Shown here one piece after another: positions 27,575-39,403 of a DNA stretch of 64,000 nucleotides. The translations under genes were made by a program, and so were the position numbers. Source of the DNA: an uncultured Verrucomicrobiae bacterium (GTDB taxonomy: Bacteria > Verrucomicrobiota > Verrucomicrobiia > Chthoniobacterales > UBA10450); NCBI GenBank assembly GCA_963839665.1, contig CAWIWB010000003.1, forward strand, positions 85,626-149,625. The letters run 5' to 3'. A model generated the notes under the pieces. The model saw nothing but the letters and a program-made list of their open reading frames with translations. It searched no databases and was not told the origin of the DNA. Within the stretch, counting starts at the first letter, position 1. Every line of letters starts with the position of its first letter.

Positions 27575-28079
27575 TTGAAGCGCCTTACGATAGGCGTCGT
27601 AAACGTCTTCGCCCCAAACAACGAAAATTACTTTCTGGACCTCACTGCTGATCGCGAGAAATTCGCGCGTCGTTTTGAGTGCCACGTGCGCCGCTTGGTC
27701 AATGGGATAACCGAAAGCGCCGCAACTGATCGCCGGAAACGCCAGTGTTTTGATTTCATTTTCCACCGCAAGCCGCAGTGAATTGCGGTAGCAATTTGCC
27801 AGTGTTCGCGCTTCGTCATCTTTCCCGCCGCGCCAGATCGGACCGACTGTGTGAATGACAAAGCGAGCTGGCAAATCGATATCCGCTCGTGATTTTAGCT
27901 TCGCCCGGGCGACAACCGCCCAGCGTGCGGCATTCGGCGAGCAGTTCCGGGCCTGCGGCGCGGTGAATCGCGCCATCGACACCGCCACCGCCGAGGAGCG
28001 TTGCGTTCGCCGCGTTCACAATGGCATCAACGTCGAGCTTTGTGATATCGCCGCGGAGGATCTCGATTTCTCCGCTCAA
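27569..28079 (-). pseudogene. macro domain protein (O-acetyl-ADP-ribose deacetylase, YmdB-like) with one frameshift
   Basis: ORF 27816..28079 ([43 protein letters not shown]...[10 protein letters not shown]) and ORF 27569..27988 ([14 protein letters not shown]...AFPAISCGAFGYP) are consecutive halves of one macro domain. Removing one base from the AAA at 27873..27875 joins them. Confidence 0.8.
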
Positions 28080-28120
28080 TCAACTTCTCCTGCGTTGGTG
28101 TTGCATCTGGAACGCAAAAC

Positions 28121-28186
28121 TGGAGTGATGGAGTGTTGGAGTATTGAAGAAAAGAAAAATCAATACTCCGTTACTCCAGCACTCCA
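28121..28186. repeat. hairpin repeat, family F (tggagtgatggagtgttggagtattga ... tcaatactccgttactccagcactcca)
   Basis: The inverted arms are visible directly, between the macro-domain gene start and the pdxH stop. Confidence 0.65.
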
Positions 28187-28198
28187 TTTCTCCTCTGC

Positions 28199-28849
28199 TC
28201 ACGGCGCGAGCCGATCAATTTTCCACGATCCATCCGCCTGCCGCGTGTACCGAAACCGGTCGTGCAAACGGCTGATACGCCCCTGCCAGAATTCCATCCT
28301 ATCCGGGTTAAGTCGATAACCGCCCCAGTGCGGCGGCAACGGAATGGGTTTGTCGCCGAAGCGCTCGGTCATTTCCGCCATGCGCGCATCAAGCACGCGC
28401 CGGCCATCGAGCACCTCGCTTTGACGCGATGCCCACGCGCTCAACTGGCTCCCGACAGGACGCGAATGAAAATAAGTTTGCGACTCTTCGCGGGAGGTCT
28501 TTTCCACTTTTCCACTGATGCGCACCTGTCGGTCAAGTTCGATCCAGTAAAACACAAGCGCCGCGGACGGATTGGCCCCGAGCTGTTTCCCCTTCGTGCT
28601 TTCGTAATTCGTAAAGAACACGAAGCCATCTTGATCGAAGCTTTTCAGCAGAACGATTCGCACCGACGGTCTCGCGTCGCGATCCGCCGTCGCAAGACTC
28701 ATCGCGTTGACGTCGCGGATACCGGCTTCAATCGCGGCAGTGAACCAATTCCCAAACTGTTTAATCGGATCACGATTTAGGTCGCTCCGGCGCAGCCCTT
28801 TGCCGGCATGCTCGTAATGTGAAGCCGCGGGATCGCGTGGGACTTGCAT
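28199..28849 (-). CDS. pdxH: pyridoxamine 5'-phosphate oxidase
   Basis: 216 aa. Contains [24 protein letters not shown] and the C-terminal signature [18 protein letters not shown]...WKIDRLAP. Confidence 0.9.
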   Translation of the reverse strand: MQVPRDPAASHYEHAGKGLRRSDLNRDPIKQFGNWFTAAIEAGIRDVNAMSLATADRDARPSVRIVLLKSFDQDGFVFFTNYESTKGKQLGANPSAALVFYWIELDRQVRISGKVEKTSREESQTYFHSRPVGSQLSAWASRQSEVLDGRRVLDARMAEMTERFGDKPIPLPPHWGGYRLNPDRMEFWQGRISRLHDRFRYTRQADGSWKIDRLAP

Positions 28850-28949
28850 TATGGATTCCTACAATCGGCGCGCGACAATGTCCATGCTGTGCCGCTTGCT
28901 GTAGCCACGCGCCCGTGGCGCGTCCTCTACCTCCGTCGAAGGAAAAGCG

Positions 28950-29750
28950 TTAGTCCATTATCGACGGCGGAAGGAATTCGAAATACCCGATTTTCAGTTG
29001 GCTGCCTTCATCGACGAGAACGATCTTGAGATTGAAATAGGGATCGAAATCCTCGCTCTTCTTTAATTCTTCCACGCTGATTCCCTCCGTTGCAGCCACC
29101 TTTTCAAGTTCCTGCGGCGACAGTTCAGTGTGGATTTGCCCGCGCAAACTTGCTCTCCGGATATCGGCGGGAATCCATTCAGGCATTGCGCCGATGGCGA
29201 ACATGGAGTCCATCGCGCCGAATTGCTCCTTGCTGCGCCGGTTCAAAACGTCGGGATCAGTCGAAAACACGTGCAGCATTTTGGGCGCGCGAGGCGCCCC
29301 ATGCGCGGCCTCAACGTATTGCATCAAGTAGGCGAATTGTTCCGCGGTCACGTTGTCGAATGCGTACGATTGGTTTTGCTGAGAATCAGAGTCCTGTTGA
29401 GCAGGCTTAAACTGTTCAAGCGACATCCGAGCCCTGGCGTGGCTGGAGAGTAGCGCATAAGCGTCCGCGTATTTTCGGCTGGCGACGGCGATAAAGAATG
29501 GTTTCGCCGCCAGGAGATATTTGCGTTCATCCGGTTTGGCGTCTTTGTCTAAAAAGTCATCCTCGCTTTTTTGCGCGGTTTTCTTTTCGCCCTCCTGATC
29601 TGTCTTGCCGCAACCTGTTAACAAGACCGGCAGCAGAATGGCCGCAGTCACAATCACGACACGCGCAAGACTCGGTGACAGGGTTAGGAGGGCACGGCGA
29701 CGGCGAGTTTTAGCGCGCGAAGCGCGCTTTGGAGTGCGGCGGTCCGCCAT
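28950..29750 (-). CDS. hypothetical lipoprotein
   Basis: 266 aa. An Arg-rich N-terminus is followed by a TM/lipobox (VIVTAAILLPVLLTGCGK). I recognise no family. Confidence 0.5.
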   Translation of the reverse strand: MADRRTPKRASRAKTRRRRALLTLSPSLARVVIVTAAILLPVLLTGCGKTDQEGEKKTAQKSEDDFLDKDAKPDERKYLLAAKPFFIAVASRKYADAYALLSSHARARMSLEQFKPAQQDSDSQQNQSYAFDNVTAEQFAYLMQYVEAAHGAPRAPKMLHVFSTDPDVLNRRSKEQFGAMDSMFAIGAMPEWIPADIRRASLRGQIHTELSPQELEKVAATEGISVEELKKSEDFDPYFNLKIVLVDEGSQLKIGYFEFLPPSIMD

Positions 29751-29831
29751 AGGACGGATTCGCCGTGGCGAACTTGACGCCGCTTTTGCAAAAACGCTCT
29801 GATTGGCATTCCCACTCCGAATTTCACCGCG

Positions 29832-31307
29832 TCACGGAGTCGGGCGTGGTGCTGGAGTCACGCACCGCGGCCGCAGCTGTGTCTCGACTGAACCGACATC
29901 AATGCGACCACCGAACACACGATAAAAACACGCGCCGCGCTGGTCGTGATCAGGTGGCGGAGTAAAACTCGGATCGCCTGCGTCAATCGCAGGGCTGCCC
30001 CGCATCGGCATATGCGTGAGCGTTGGTCCACCGTGATTCCGCAACGGACCAAGCAGCGGGTCGGTGTTGATCTGATCGCCTGGACCAGTCAAATGACCGC
30101 CGCCGTCATCACTGCTGATGTTGTAACCATGCGAGGTGACAGTGCCATCGATGTTTCCCGACGCGTTCGCGTTCAGGATTGTGTTTGCAATTTCCACTTC
30201 CACCGCAGACGCCGCCGCAAGTAGGAGCCGAGTTGCCGCTCACGGTGCTGTTGACAATCATCATACCGAAACTGCCGCCCACGATTCCGCCACCGTAAGC
30301 GCCAGCCGAGTTGCCGCTGATCGTGCTGTTAATGATGGTCAAACCCGACGTGCCACAAGCGATGCCACCGCCATAGGAAGAGGCGAAGTTACCACTGATC
30401 GTGCTGTTCATAACGGTGAGGTTCCCCGGAATTTTCCCACCGCCCATGTACGTATAAACACCGCCGCCTACGTCGGACTGGCCTCCAGTCTTGCCGACGG
30501 AGTTGCCACTGATTGTGGTGTCGATAATCGTTACGAAGCCCGCATTGTTGTCGACGCCGGGTCCAGAGTTGTCGTTGATAATGCTATCGGCGATTGTTAA
30601 GAGAGCCGCCAAGAATATGGTCATTTGGGCCGCCTGCCGCGCCATTGTTGAAGACGCCGCCGTATTGATTGCTGCTAACGATGCAATTAGTGACGCTTGC
30701 TTCGCTGTGATCACTATAAATCCCGTATGAGTTCCCACTAACGTCGCAATGAACTACCGTTAACACGCGGTAGTGACTAAAAATTCCGACGCCTGAGTCC
30801 CCGCCGCTCAACCGTGACAGCGCAGTTACTGACGGTTAACGTTCCCTCGTTCAAATCCCAGACTGAGCCATTCCTGATGGTCAGGCCGGAAATCATGGCA
30901 GTTTTGTCGGGAAAAATTCCGAACACAAGTGATCGCCTGGTTGCCATCAATTGAGAGTTGATCATTGCCAGGACCTGAAATCGTCATGACTCTTGTTGAC
31001 CGGAAGTCCGCCGCTGGTCAGGGCGATGGTGCCAGTGACTGCGAAGGTAATCGTGTCACCGTCATTCGCGATCTCTGAGCGCCTGACGCAACGAACCGGG
31101 TCCGCTGTCGTTTGTGTTAGTTACCGTGATAGTGCTCGCACGCGCGGGCATTATGGTTGCGCAAAACAGCACAACAAAAACTACAAGCAACCGAAGTTTG
31201 CTGTAGCATGCGCTGTCCTCAGCGCAGCCACACCGCGCGCGTTCGATGAACTCCGCTGAGACAGCGGACTCTACAGCACGCTGTGCGATACGCTTGCTCC
31301 CGAACAC
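29832..31307 (-). pseudogene. choice-of-anchor Q / parallel beta-helix repeat protein, heavily frameshifted
   Basis: The pieces lie in at least five frame segments. These are ITVTNTNDSGPGSLRQAL (31062..31307), ANDGDTITFAVTGTIALTSG, ISGLTIRNG (30777..30965), NSTISGNSAGAYGGGI repeats (30109..30738), and the C-terminal DPLLGPLRNHGGPTLTHMPMRGSPAIDAGD...DQRG...IDVGSVE (29832..30203). Confidence 0.7.
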
Positions 31308-31316
31308 ACCCGAGTT

Positions 31317-33746
31317 TTACGAAATCATCCGTGCTGAGTCGAGCAAAAGCGAAGGCGCTAGTTGCTCATGCTTTCGACGACAATTTTTTGCTCGGCGAAC
31401 TTCTCGCGACTGACGGCGCGCACGTTCCATTCGCCTGCGGCGAGCTGCCAGAAAAAGCGGCCGTCGCGCTCGCGGCGCAACTCGTGCACCGTTCACAAAC
31501 CATTCCACGTCGCCGCCGGACGCTGCAGTGAGTTCGACCATCTGCTGTGACGGTGGCAGGACAGGATCAATCTGATAATGAGCGTTCGGCGACGGACTGG
31601 TGATGTGAAAATCGGATTGCACGTGTGCGCCGATCGTGTTGTCACGGGTCGCGCACCAGCGCGCGTACGCATTGGGCAAAATTAATTTCCCATCGTTCGC
31701 AAAGTAATGTGCCGAGTCTTCGTTCGGCTCCGTTCCGGCAAGGAAAAGCTCTGGCATGCTTGCGTTACTAAAACGGGACGGAAGCAGACCCGTCGTTTTG
31801 CAAATCTCTCGCCGGATCAGTTTATCGTTTTCCGTCGCTGGATCGAGCGGGTGATCGCGTCGGAGCAATTCCTGCATAATGGCTGCCCAGAGCGGTGAGG
31901 CCGCCCGCACGGCAAACGTGTCGCGCATTGGTCGTCCATCGAAATTGCCCGCCCAAACGGCGACGGTGTGCTCTTTGTCGAAGCCAACAGTCCATGTGTC
32001 GCGGAAGCCGCTGCTGGTTCCGGTCTTTGCCGCAACGCGTTCTTCGAAGGCGAGCGGTGAACGCAGCCCAAAACTTTTCTGGCGCGCGTCGTTATCGCAC
32101 AAAATATCGGTGATAATCGCTGTCGCCTCTCGCGAGGCGATGCGCGTGAGCGGCTGATGTTCTGATGCCAAAAATTTTGCGCGCATGGCTGTCCCGCCGC
32201 GAGCGAGCCCGGCATACGCAGCGGCAAGATCAACGAGGCGCGTCTCGGCATTCCCCAAAACAAATCCGGCGCCGTATTCATCGAGGCCCTGTGGAAAATT
32301 GAAGCCCCACTTCTGCAACTGATAGAACGTTGGCCGCGCGCCGAGCTGGCTCAGCACAAACACCGCCGGCACATTCAGCGAACAAGCGAGCGCTTCGCGT
32401 AAGCGCACCGGTCCAAAATAATGATGACTGTAATTTTGTGGATCGTAATCGGCGTACTCATTGCGAATGGCATCCGGCGTGTCGGGCAACAAGCTCGCGG
32501 CGGTGAACAGCCGTTTATCGATCGCTTCGAGGTAAACGAACGGTTTCAAAGTCGATCCACAACTGCGCGGCTGCGTCGCTCCGTTGATCTGCGACACAGC
32601 ATAATTTTCCGATCCAACCATGGCGCGGATTGCGCCCGTTGCGTTTTCGATCACGACAACAGCGGCCTGCGTGATGTCATGACGGTTTAGCGCTGACAAA
32701 TGCGAGCGCGCCAAACGTTCGACCGTCGCTTGCAGATCAAGATCGAGTGTCGTCCTGACCGTGCCACGCAGTCCCGGGTTTTGCGCCACGACTGCATCCA
32801 CAAAATGCGGCGCAAAACGCGGCGGATCGCTGCGCACGATTTTCGGCGGCTCCACAAGCAGCGATTGCTGGTCGCGCGTGATAACTCCCAAATCCGCAAG
32901 CCGCGCGAGCGATCGCGCGTATTTACGATTTGCTTCCTCCGGATGGCGCCAGGGATTGAAGCGCGTTGGCGCTTGCGGCAGACCAGCCAGGAAAATTGCT
33001 TCGCTCAAAGTGAGATCGCGAGCCGGCTTCCCGAAATACGCGCGAGCAGCCGCCTCCGGGCCGAGTCGTCGATTCCCGTAGCTGCTGCGATTCAAGTATT
33101 CCGACAGAATTCGCTGCTTGCTCCAGCGCCGTTCCAATTTCCAAGCAACGATTGCCTCGTAAAGTTTGCCGCTCCAGCTGCGCCGGTCACGATTGCTCGC
33201 GAGTTTCACGAGTTGCTGGGTGATCGTGGATGCGCCCGAAACAATTTGCCGCGATCGCAAATTCCGTGCGCACGCGGCAACGGTCGCGCGCCAGTCAACG
33301 CCGCGGTGTTTGTAGAATCGCCGGTCTTCCAGCGCCACGGTTATGCGCGGCAGCCATGGTCCCATTTGCTCGAGCGCGACTGGAAATTGGGTGCGCGCTT
33401 CCGGCGACGCGAGTTCGGCAATCTCGCGGCCGCGACAATCGAGCAGCGTTAAGGTTCCGCTCGGCGATTTTTGCAGCTCGTTAGGTATCGGCAACCACCA
33501 CGCAAATGCGATGACGGCAACAACGACAACAAGAATAGAAGCTACCAAGCAACGCGGATGCGAAACTCTGGGGAGCGCACGCGTCCACGCGTGCTGGCGA
33601 GCGCGTCTCGCGATCGCGAACTTTTCCTCTGCGTCGGACTCGGGACTCTGAATCACATTCGAAGGAAAGCCTGTTTCGGCGCGACGCCGAAACCAGACAC
33701 GCGAGACGCGTGCGCTCCCCAGAATCAGTCGGCGGAGACGACGCAT
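31317..33746 (-). CDS. pbpC: penicillin-binding protein 1C (transglycosylase/transpeptidase)
   Basis: GT51 motifs (EDRRFYKHRGVD, RKLYEAIVAWKLE) and a transpeptidase SxxK (CGSTLKPFVY). After about 31484 the PBP1C C-terminal domain continues in another frame (ELRRERDGRFFWQLAAGEWNVRAVSREKFAEQKIVVESMSN*, stop at 31358..31360). The first ~60 codons of the ORF translate the MITE at 33570..33720; an alternative TTG start lies just downstream of it. Confidence 0.8.
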   Translation of the reverse strand: MRRLRRLILGSARVSRVWFRRRAETGFPSNVIQSPESDAEEKFAIARRARQHAWTRALPRVSHPRCLVASILVVVVAVIAFAWWLPIPNELQKSPSGTLTLLDCRGREIAELASPEARTQFPVALEQMGPWLPRITVALEDRRFYKHRGVDWRATVAACARNLRSRQIVSGASTITQQLVKLASNRDRRSWSGKLYEAIVAWKLERRWSKQRILSEYLNRSSYGNRRLGPEAAARAYFGKPARDLTLSEAIFLAGLPQAPTRFNPWRHPEEANRKYARSLARLADLGVITRDQQSLLVEPPKIVRSDPPRFAPHFVDAVVAQNPGLRGTVRTTLDLDLQATVERLARSHLSALNRHDITQAAVVVIENATGAIRAMVGSENYAVSQINGATQPRSCGSTLKPFVYLEAIDKRLFTAASLLPDTPDAIRNEYADYDPQNYSHHYFGPVRLREALACSLNVPAVFVLSQLGARPTFYQLQKWGFNFPQGLDEYGAGFVLGNAETRLVDLAAAYAGLARGGTAMRAKFLASEHQPLTRIASREATAIITDILCDNDARQKSFGLRSPLAFEERVAAKTGTSSGFRDTWTVGFDKEHTVAVWAGNFDGRPMRDTFAVRAASPLWAAIMQELLRRDHPLDPATENDKLIRREICKTTGLLPSRFSNASMPELFLAGTEPNEDSAHYFANDGKLILPNAYARWCATRDNTIGAHVQSDFHITSPSPNAHYQIDPVLPPSQQMVELTAASGGDVEWFVNGARVAPRARRPLFLAARRRRMERARRQSREVRRAKNCRRKHEQLAPSLLLDSARMIS
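33570..33720. mobile_element. MITE-like element, copy 2 (inside the 5' end of the pbpC ORF)
   Basis: ggggagcgcacgc...gcgtgcgctcccc. It has hairpins cgagcgcg-tct-cgcgatcg and gtttcggcg-cga-cgccgaaac and the inner box cgaacttttc. Confidence 0.75.
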
Positions 33747-36700
33747 ACGCTTGAGGGCGACAGGCCGGAGAAACGGCTGTCGTACATGGGCGCGACTTGC
33801 GTGGCTGGCCAGCGGAAGGTGCCCGCGGCTGTTGCGCGGGCCAGAATCGAGTACGTGCCTGAGCCAGGATCGACAGTGTCAAAATAAAGAAGCGCCGAGC
33901 GATCGCGCATTTCGGAATACGACAAACCGAGCAAACGATCCTGCGGATCGGGTGGCGGCAATTCGTAGAATTTACCAACAAGCGCAAGATTCGGGTTCAC
34001 CACTTCCACGCCGGCGGGTAACGAATCCTCGAGCGCGACAAAATTCTGAAGCTTCCGCGTATTCAGCCGGTACGTGATGAGCAGTTGATCCCCCAATTTT
34101 AACGGCGCATTCGGAGTGCCCACGCGGGTTGCGTCAGTGAGATTTTTTACGACACGCTCGATGACGAAATCCGCGGTCCACGCGGTCGGTATCAACTTCG
34201 CTGGTGGAATATTCCGCCTGCATCAGAAAAGTGAGCGCGCTCTGGTTCAGGCCCTTGATCACAAGATCATTCTCCATTTTGTGATCGACCCACGCCGCCG
34301 ATCGGCCATTTTTTGAAACCACGGCTCGCCGCCGGCTGCGCCGGGTGAAGTTCCGGCATTGTCTCCGTGCCGATCATTGATGTGAACGCCAACAGGAGCC
34401 AAAGATTTTCCTGAGTCGAAAGGGAGCCGGCGTCGTCCATCAATTTCGACATGCGTTCGCGTGCCTGTTGTTTTCGCTGCTTCGTCCACGTCGGCGGCGA
34501 GATCACGTTGAAGGCGAACGCGCGCATCGCCTCCGCGCGCGTCATTGACGAAAACGTGGCGGGATTAAAGGCGCGCTCTTTGATGGGCTTATCGATCTCG
34601 CGAAGAAGTTGCTGCTGCTCGTGAGCCATGATGTTTTGCTGATGCAACGCGATTGCGAGCAAAGCGCGATCTTCATCGCTGCCTTCGTTTCGGTGGAGAT
34701 ACAATTCCTGCGATTCGTTTTTGTAATCGTCGCCGTTGTTAGATTGTGTCAGCACGAAAAGCGCGAAGCATTTTTGAAATCGCGATGCCGGCACCTGGCC
34801 TTTGACCATTTTCTTTACCGCGCCTGCGAGTTTCTCTTGTAACTCCGATGGCGGCTCGAAACCGGCCTTGACCGATTCATTGACGGACCAAAGCGCCTGG
34901 CATGTGACAAAACCGTTGCCTGTATTGCCGCCGGGCCAGTAGGGGAGCGTACCGTCCTCTTGGACCGCGTCGGCGTACTGTTTCATCCCGCGCTCGAGCG
35001 TGGCGCGATATTCGGCATCGCGTTGCTGAAAATCCGGCAGGTACGCGAGAACATTCGCGAGCAAACTGTACCCCAGCAGCTTGGTCGAAATTTGTTCGAA
35101 GCAGCCGTGTGGATATTCCAGAATCACCGGAAGTCCCGACATCTGTGGCAGCCACGGCGAAGTTGAAATCGTTGTGGTGAAATGGCCGCGGCCGCGCCTC
35201 CAGACTTCGGGCATTGCGCGGCGAGCATCGAATCCCGACTTGTCGGGATTGAACGAAGCGGCCACGCTTTCCTTGCGCACAATCGTCGGCGCTTGCACCG
35301 GAATCGTGATCTCCACCGCGTCGGACATTTGTTTGTTCGAGTCCGAGACCGCTTCGAAGCGCACCTTTGTCGGCGCGAGATTCGGGTCGGTGACTTTTGC
35401 CTTGAAACGAAACACCGTCGGCGCGTCGCGTTGCGCCGACTGAGTGGTCACATCGCCGCCTATTAACTTAATGTTGGCGTCCGTCACGCACCGCGTCGTT
35501 ACGCCGTCGCTGTCAGCGAAATTTTGCCGGACGACGGCGCGCAATTCGACTTCATCGCCCTCGCGCAAAAAACGCGGCAACGCCAGATCGATCAGGAGCG
35601 GTTTCGATATTTTCACCGTCTCGGTCGCATCGCCCCCGAACTGATTCATCTTGGTCTCGCCGACCGCCACGATGCGATATGTGGTCAGGTTATCCGGCGC
35701 GACGAATTCGAACGCGACCTTACCGTCAGCACCAGTCTTCAAACTGCCCTGCCAATACGCGAGCGTGCGAAATTCTTTGCGAACATTTTTGATGTTCGAG
35801 ATCGCTTCCTCTCCGCCATCGCCAATGACGAATCCTTTTTGGGTCAAACTGAGTTTGGCGAGATTCTCGATATAACCATGGAGCGCCTCGTAAGTGCGCA
35901 CTGAGAAGCCATTCCTGGGATAAAAGCGAGCACCAATGTCCGGCAGTTTCCAATCGCCCAAAGTTAGGACCGCGTCATCGACTGCGAACACGAGCAGATC
36001 GGCGTCGGCAACCGGTTTGTCTTGCGACGTCACCAGCACTTCACCGCGCACCACATCACCCGGTTTCGCGGTGTTGCTGGCGAGATGCGGCGCAACTTTT
36101 AGTTCGTGGTCAGGCCGGCGAACATCGATCTCACTGTAAGCGAAACGTTCGAGGGGAAGCTCGTTTTCGCCGCCAGGTTTCACCAGATAGACTGAAACCG
36201 TTGCGTTCGGTGCGTAATTTTCTTTGATGGGCACTTCGATCCGGCCGGCGTTGCCTTTTACCGGAACGAGTAGCGTGTCGAGCACCTCATCCGTTTCGAC
36301 TGATACCCACGCCACGCCACCGAATGGCGCCTCTATTGTGAACGCGGCTTTCTCGCCCGGTAAAAACGGTTCGGCGCGACGATCGATCTTGAACGTGGTC
36401 TCGTTGACCACCGGTAGTTGCGCCGGTTTTTCACCGGTAACAGTGGTTTCATCACTAACCACCGGCGCTTTGACCTCTGTGGCGTTGACGGCAACAACGT
36501 AACGGCCAGTCTCGGTTGTTGGGAAAACAAGTTCCGCTGGCGTTTTTGACTCTTGCGATGCGACTTTCGCGAACTGGTCGGTATTACGATAGCGATAAAC
36601 AAATGGCGCGAGCTGTTCTTTGACCGTCTTCGTGGTGACATGGAAGAGGTCGGCGCGAACAAGAACGCCGTCCTTTTTCTCGTCGTCGGGATCGAGCGCG

Positions 36701-39398
36701 TCGATGTCGACTTTTATTCCCGCCTGCGCCGAGGCTCCGGCGGGCAGGCCGACGGTTCGGCAGTCTGCTCTTCGGCGCGGACGCCGAGACGCGTTTCTGT
36801 CGCGAAAAGCGTGGCCGTGTCGCCGCCGCTGAGCGTTTGTCCGTCGATCGAGGTGACATCCGCGCGCCAGATAATGCTGGTGCGGCCGACGGCGGGATTG
36901 TCTTTGAACGGCGATTCGCAGGCGATCGTCGCGAAACCATGTGCATCGAGCTTCGTATCGCCCTCGATTGTTTTGATGTCTTCACTGTCGACATCAAGGC
37001 GCGGACCGACCTCGGAGTAAGAATTGAAACGCTTTCGATATGGTTCGTCAGAATCGCTGGCGAAGTCTGCCAATGTTGTCCAGCTCGCTTTCCAATGCAC
37101 CCGCGCTCCTGCGTTGGGTGCGCCGTGAAAATAAGCAGAGGAGATCCGGGCGTGCGCGGTGGTGCCAACTTCTGGTGTCGTTGTTTCGACCATGACCGAA
37201 AACAGCGGAACGCGGTACTCCTGAACGCTGATCACCGTCACGCCTGCGTAGTCGCGACCGCCCACAGCGCACCGCACCTCGTAGCTTCCGAGCTTTGCCT
37301 TTTCCGGCACATTCCACTCTGCTTCCCATCCGCCATAATCCGATAGCGTGGTGTCTCCTTCACCAACAACGCGGCTGCCGTCGCTTTCTTTTATGGTCCA
37401 GTGCACCGAAGCGCCGACAGGGATCGTGAGGCCGCTAGAGCCGGTAACGTCACGCGCCAACCCCTTCATCTTCACGGTATGGCCAGGACGATAAAGATTG
37501 CGATCGGTGATAATCTCGGCCTGCGGCCGGTTCGGTGAAGGAGCGGAATCTGTTCCCGAGGAATACGCTGTGGCGTCAGCAAATTGGAGCGCCGGACCGG
37601 TCGTAGTGTCGGCGATGAAGAGATGCGTGTTCTTCGCGTTAGAATTATTTGTTTTCGGGAAAACGCGCTCCTTCGGAAATTCTGCGATGCCTTCGTTGTT
37701 CGTGACTGCGCGAGCAAGTTCGATGTTCTCCTCGGTAAGGGCGCGAATTGTCACGCCGGCCACGGAGCTCGCGTCGGACATTTTCGCGAGACGCATGATC
37801 ACCTTGGTCGGGGTTCGTTTCTGCGTGAGCAGGTAATCGTTAACGCAAATGATCGATCGATTTCCAACCATGTGACCGTCAGGCAGAATTGCGCTTGCTT
37901 CGAAGAGATACGGCCCGGCGAAGGCTTCGTTTGCTTGTGTAACGCCCGCCTTTGCGGAGGCTTCGGCAGGTGCACAACGAACATCGCGTCGGGTTTCGGT
38001 ATCGTTGCTCGTGGCTTCGAAGGTGCCGCTACTGGCCACCGGCAGTTGAAACGCTTCGACGAGCAATTCAGTCTGAAATTGTTTGGTGAATCCCGTGCGC
38101 GGATCGATTACCACCTTCCCGGTGACGGGATCCTTGTCGTCCTTTTCAAATTCTTTCACGCGCGCGGTGACTGCTGCCAGTTTCTCCGTGGGAATGCGCG
38201 CCAATTTCCAAGTGACCTGCGGCGTGTTGACTTGGAAGAAGGCAAAGCGCAATTCCTGGCGGGCGCGGGCAAACACCTGCGTGGACGGGAAGATCAGGCA
38301 CGATTCTTTAGGGCGAAACGTTGCGCCCCAGCGCGATTCAGACTGAACTCCGTAGCCGCGGTCGCCCTTTAGCTCCGGTGAAATGGTAACTTTGTAGCGT
38401 TGCTTGAGATCGAAGTCGCCTGTGATTGCAACCTGGTCCCCGCTCGCAAGAAGTTTCACTTTCTCCACCGCAGGCTCCACGCGGATTCGTTCCGGGGTCA
38501 CTTCTACAGGATCGATGAAGTCGTCGAATTTAATGCGAATCGCGGGGTCCTCTAGCGGATGATTGAACGCGCCGAGCCATTGCACTTCGAGCGGCGCGGT
38601 TTTACCGGCGGGCATCACTTGCAAGTATGGAAGTGGCCTCCGGCTTTTCGCGTCGAGCAAGCCATTCACGATGAGGTCGAACGTGTGTCCCACTGGAAGC
38701 GGGGCGCGCGGCGTGACTCGAAAACCTGTCGCTTCCAGCGAATCCGCAGCTTTCCCTTCAGCCGTTTGAATTACTTCGACTGGAAAACGCTGGTGCTCCT
38801 CGCGGTCCTGGAAGTAGATGTGCTGCGCCGCTTCATCGAGACGAACCGCATAAGTTGAATCGAGATAGATTTGCGGGCGCGCCGACAATCGTTTGCGCTC
38901 GTTGAACTCCGTCGTGATCGCAAACTTCGGAGTTTTGAATTCGGCGCTCCAATCTTTCACCACGAACGGTTTGCCCGTCGCGTCCTTCAGCCCTGGAGCC
39001 AGTGTCAACCGATGTCGTGCCTCGGCCACGACGCCGGTGACCGTGAAAACGCCTTCAGTCTGACTTTTCCAGAGAAACGTGCCGTCGAGTTTCGGCTCGC
39101 TGACAAACGGGCTTGGCTGATCACCAACATCGATGAGATCGGCGGCGACCATCGAGACGGGAAATGTGATCGTGATGGTGTCGTCCTCGGCGATCTTCCC
39201 GCTCGACGGATCGATCACAATGCCGCCGGCATCGGGTTTTGCGTTCGATGCTTCTTCCTGTTCTTCGTCCTGCGCGAAACTCGCGCCGGCCATCGCAATA
39301 ACGAGAACGCAAGGGAGAAGGAGCGTGAATAGGCGAATGGGCGCATGGGCGAATGGGCGAACTCGTCGTTTCGCCGTTTCTCCGATTCGCCGATTCAT
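33725..39398 (-). pseudogene. bacterial alpha-2-macroglobulin (thioester-containing) interrupted by at least three frameshifts
   Basis: The fragments are ORF 36714..39482 (start MNRRIGE at 39398, signal LLLPCVLVIAMAGASFA), ORF 34267..36462 (open further upstream without an ATG), ORF 34134..34322 and ORF 33725..34195. The thioester motif GCFEQ is at about 35092..35103. Frame changes lie near 36740..36790, at the T6 run 34309..34314, and at 34190..34197. Confidence 0.8.
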
Positions 39399-39403
39399 TC
39401 TCA

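Noticed and set aside
37584-38372. 262-aa plus-strand ORF opposite the alpha-2-macroglobulin gene, and the similar 58043..58720 ORF opposite the carboxylate-amine ligase
   Set aside because: Both are antisense to genes with strong family signatures and have Arg-rich, motif-free composition.
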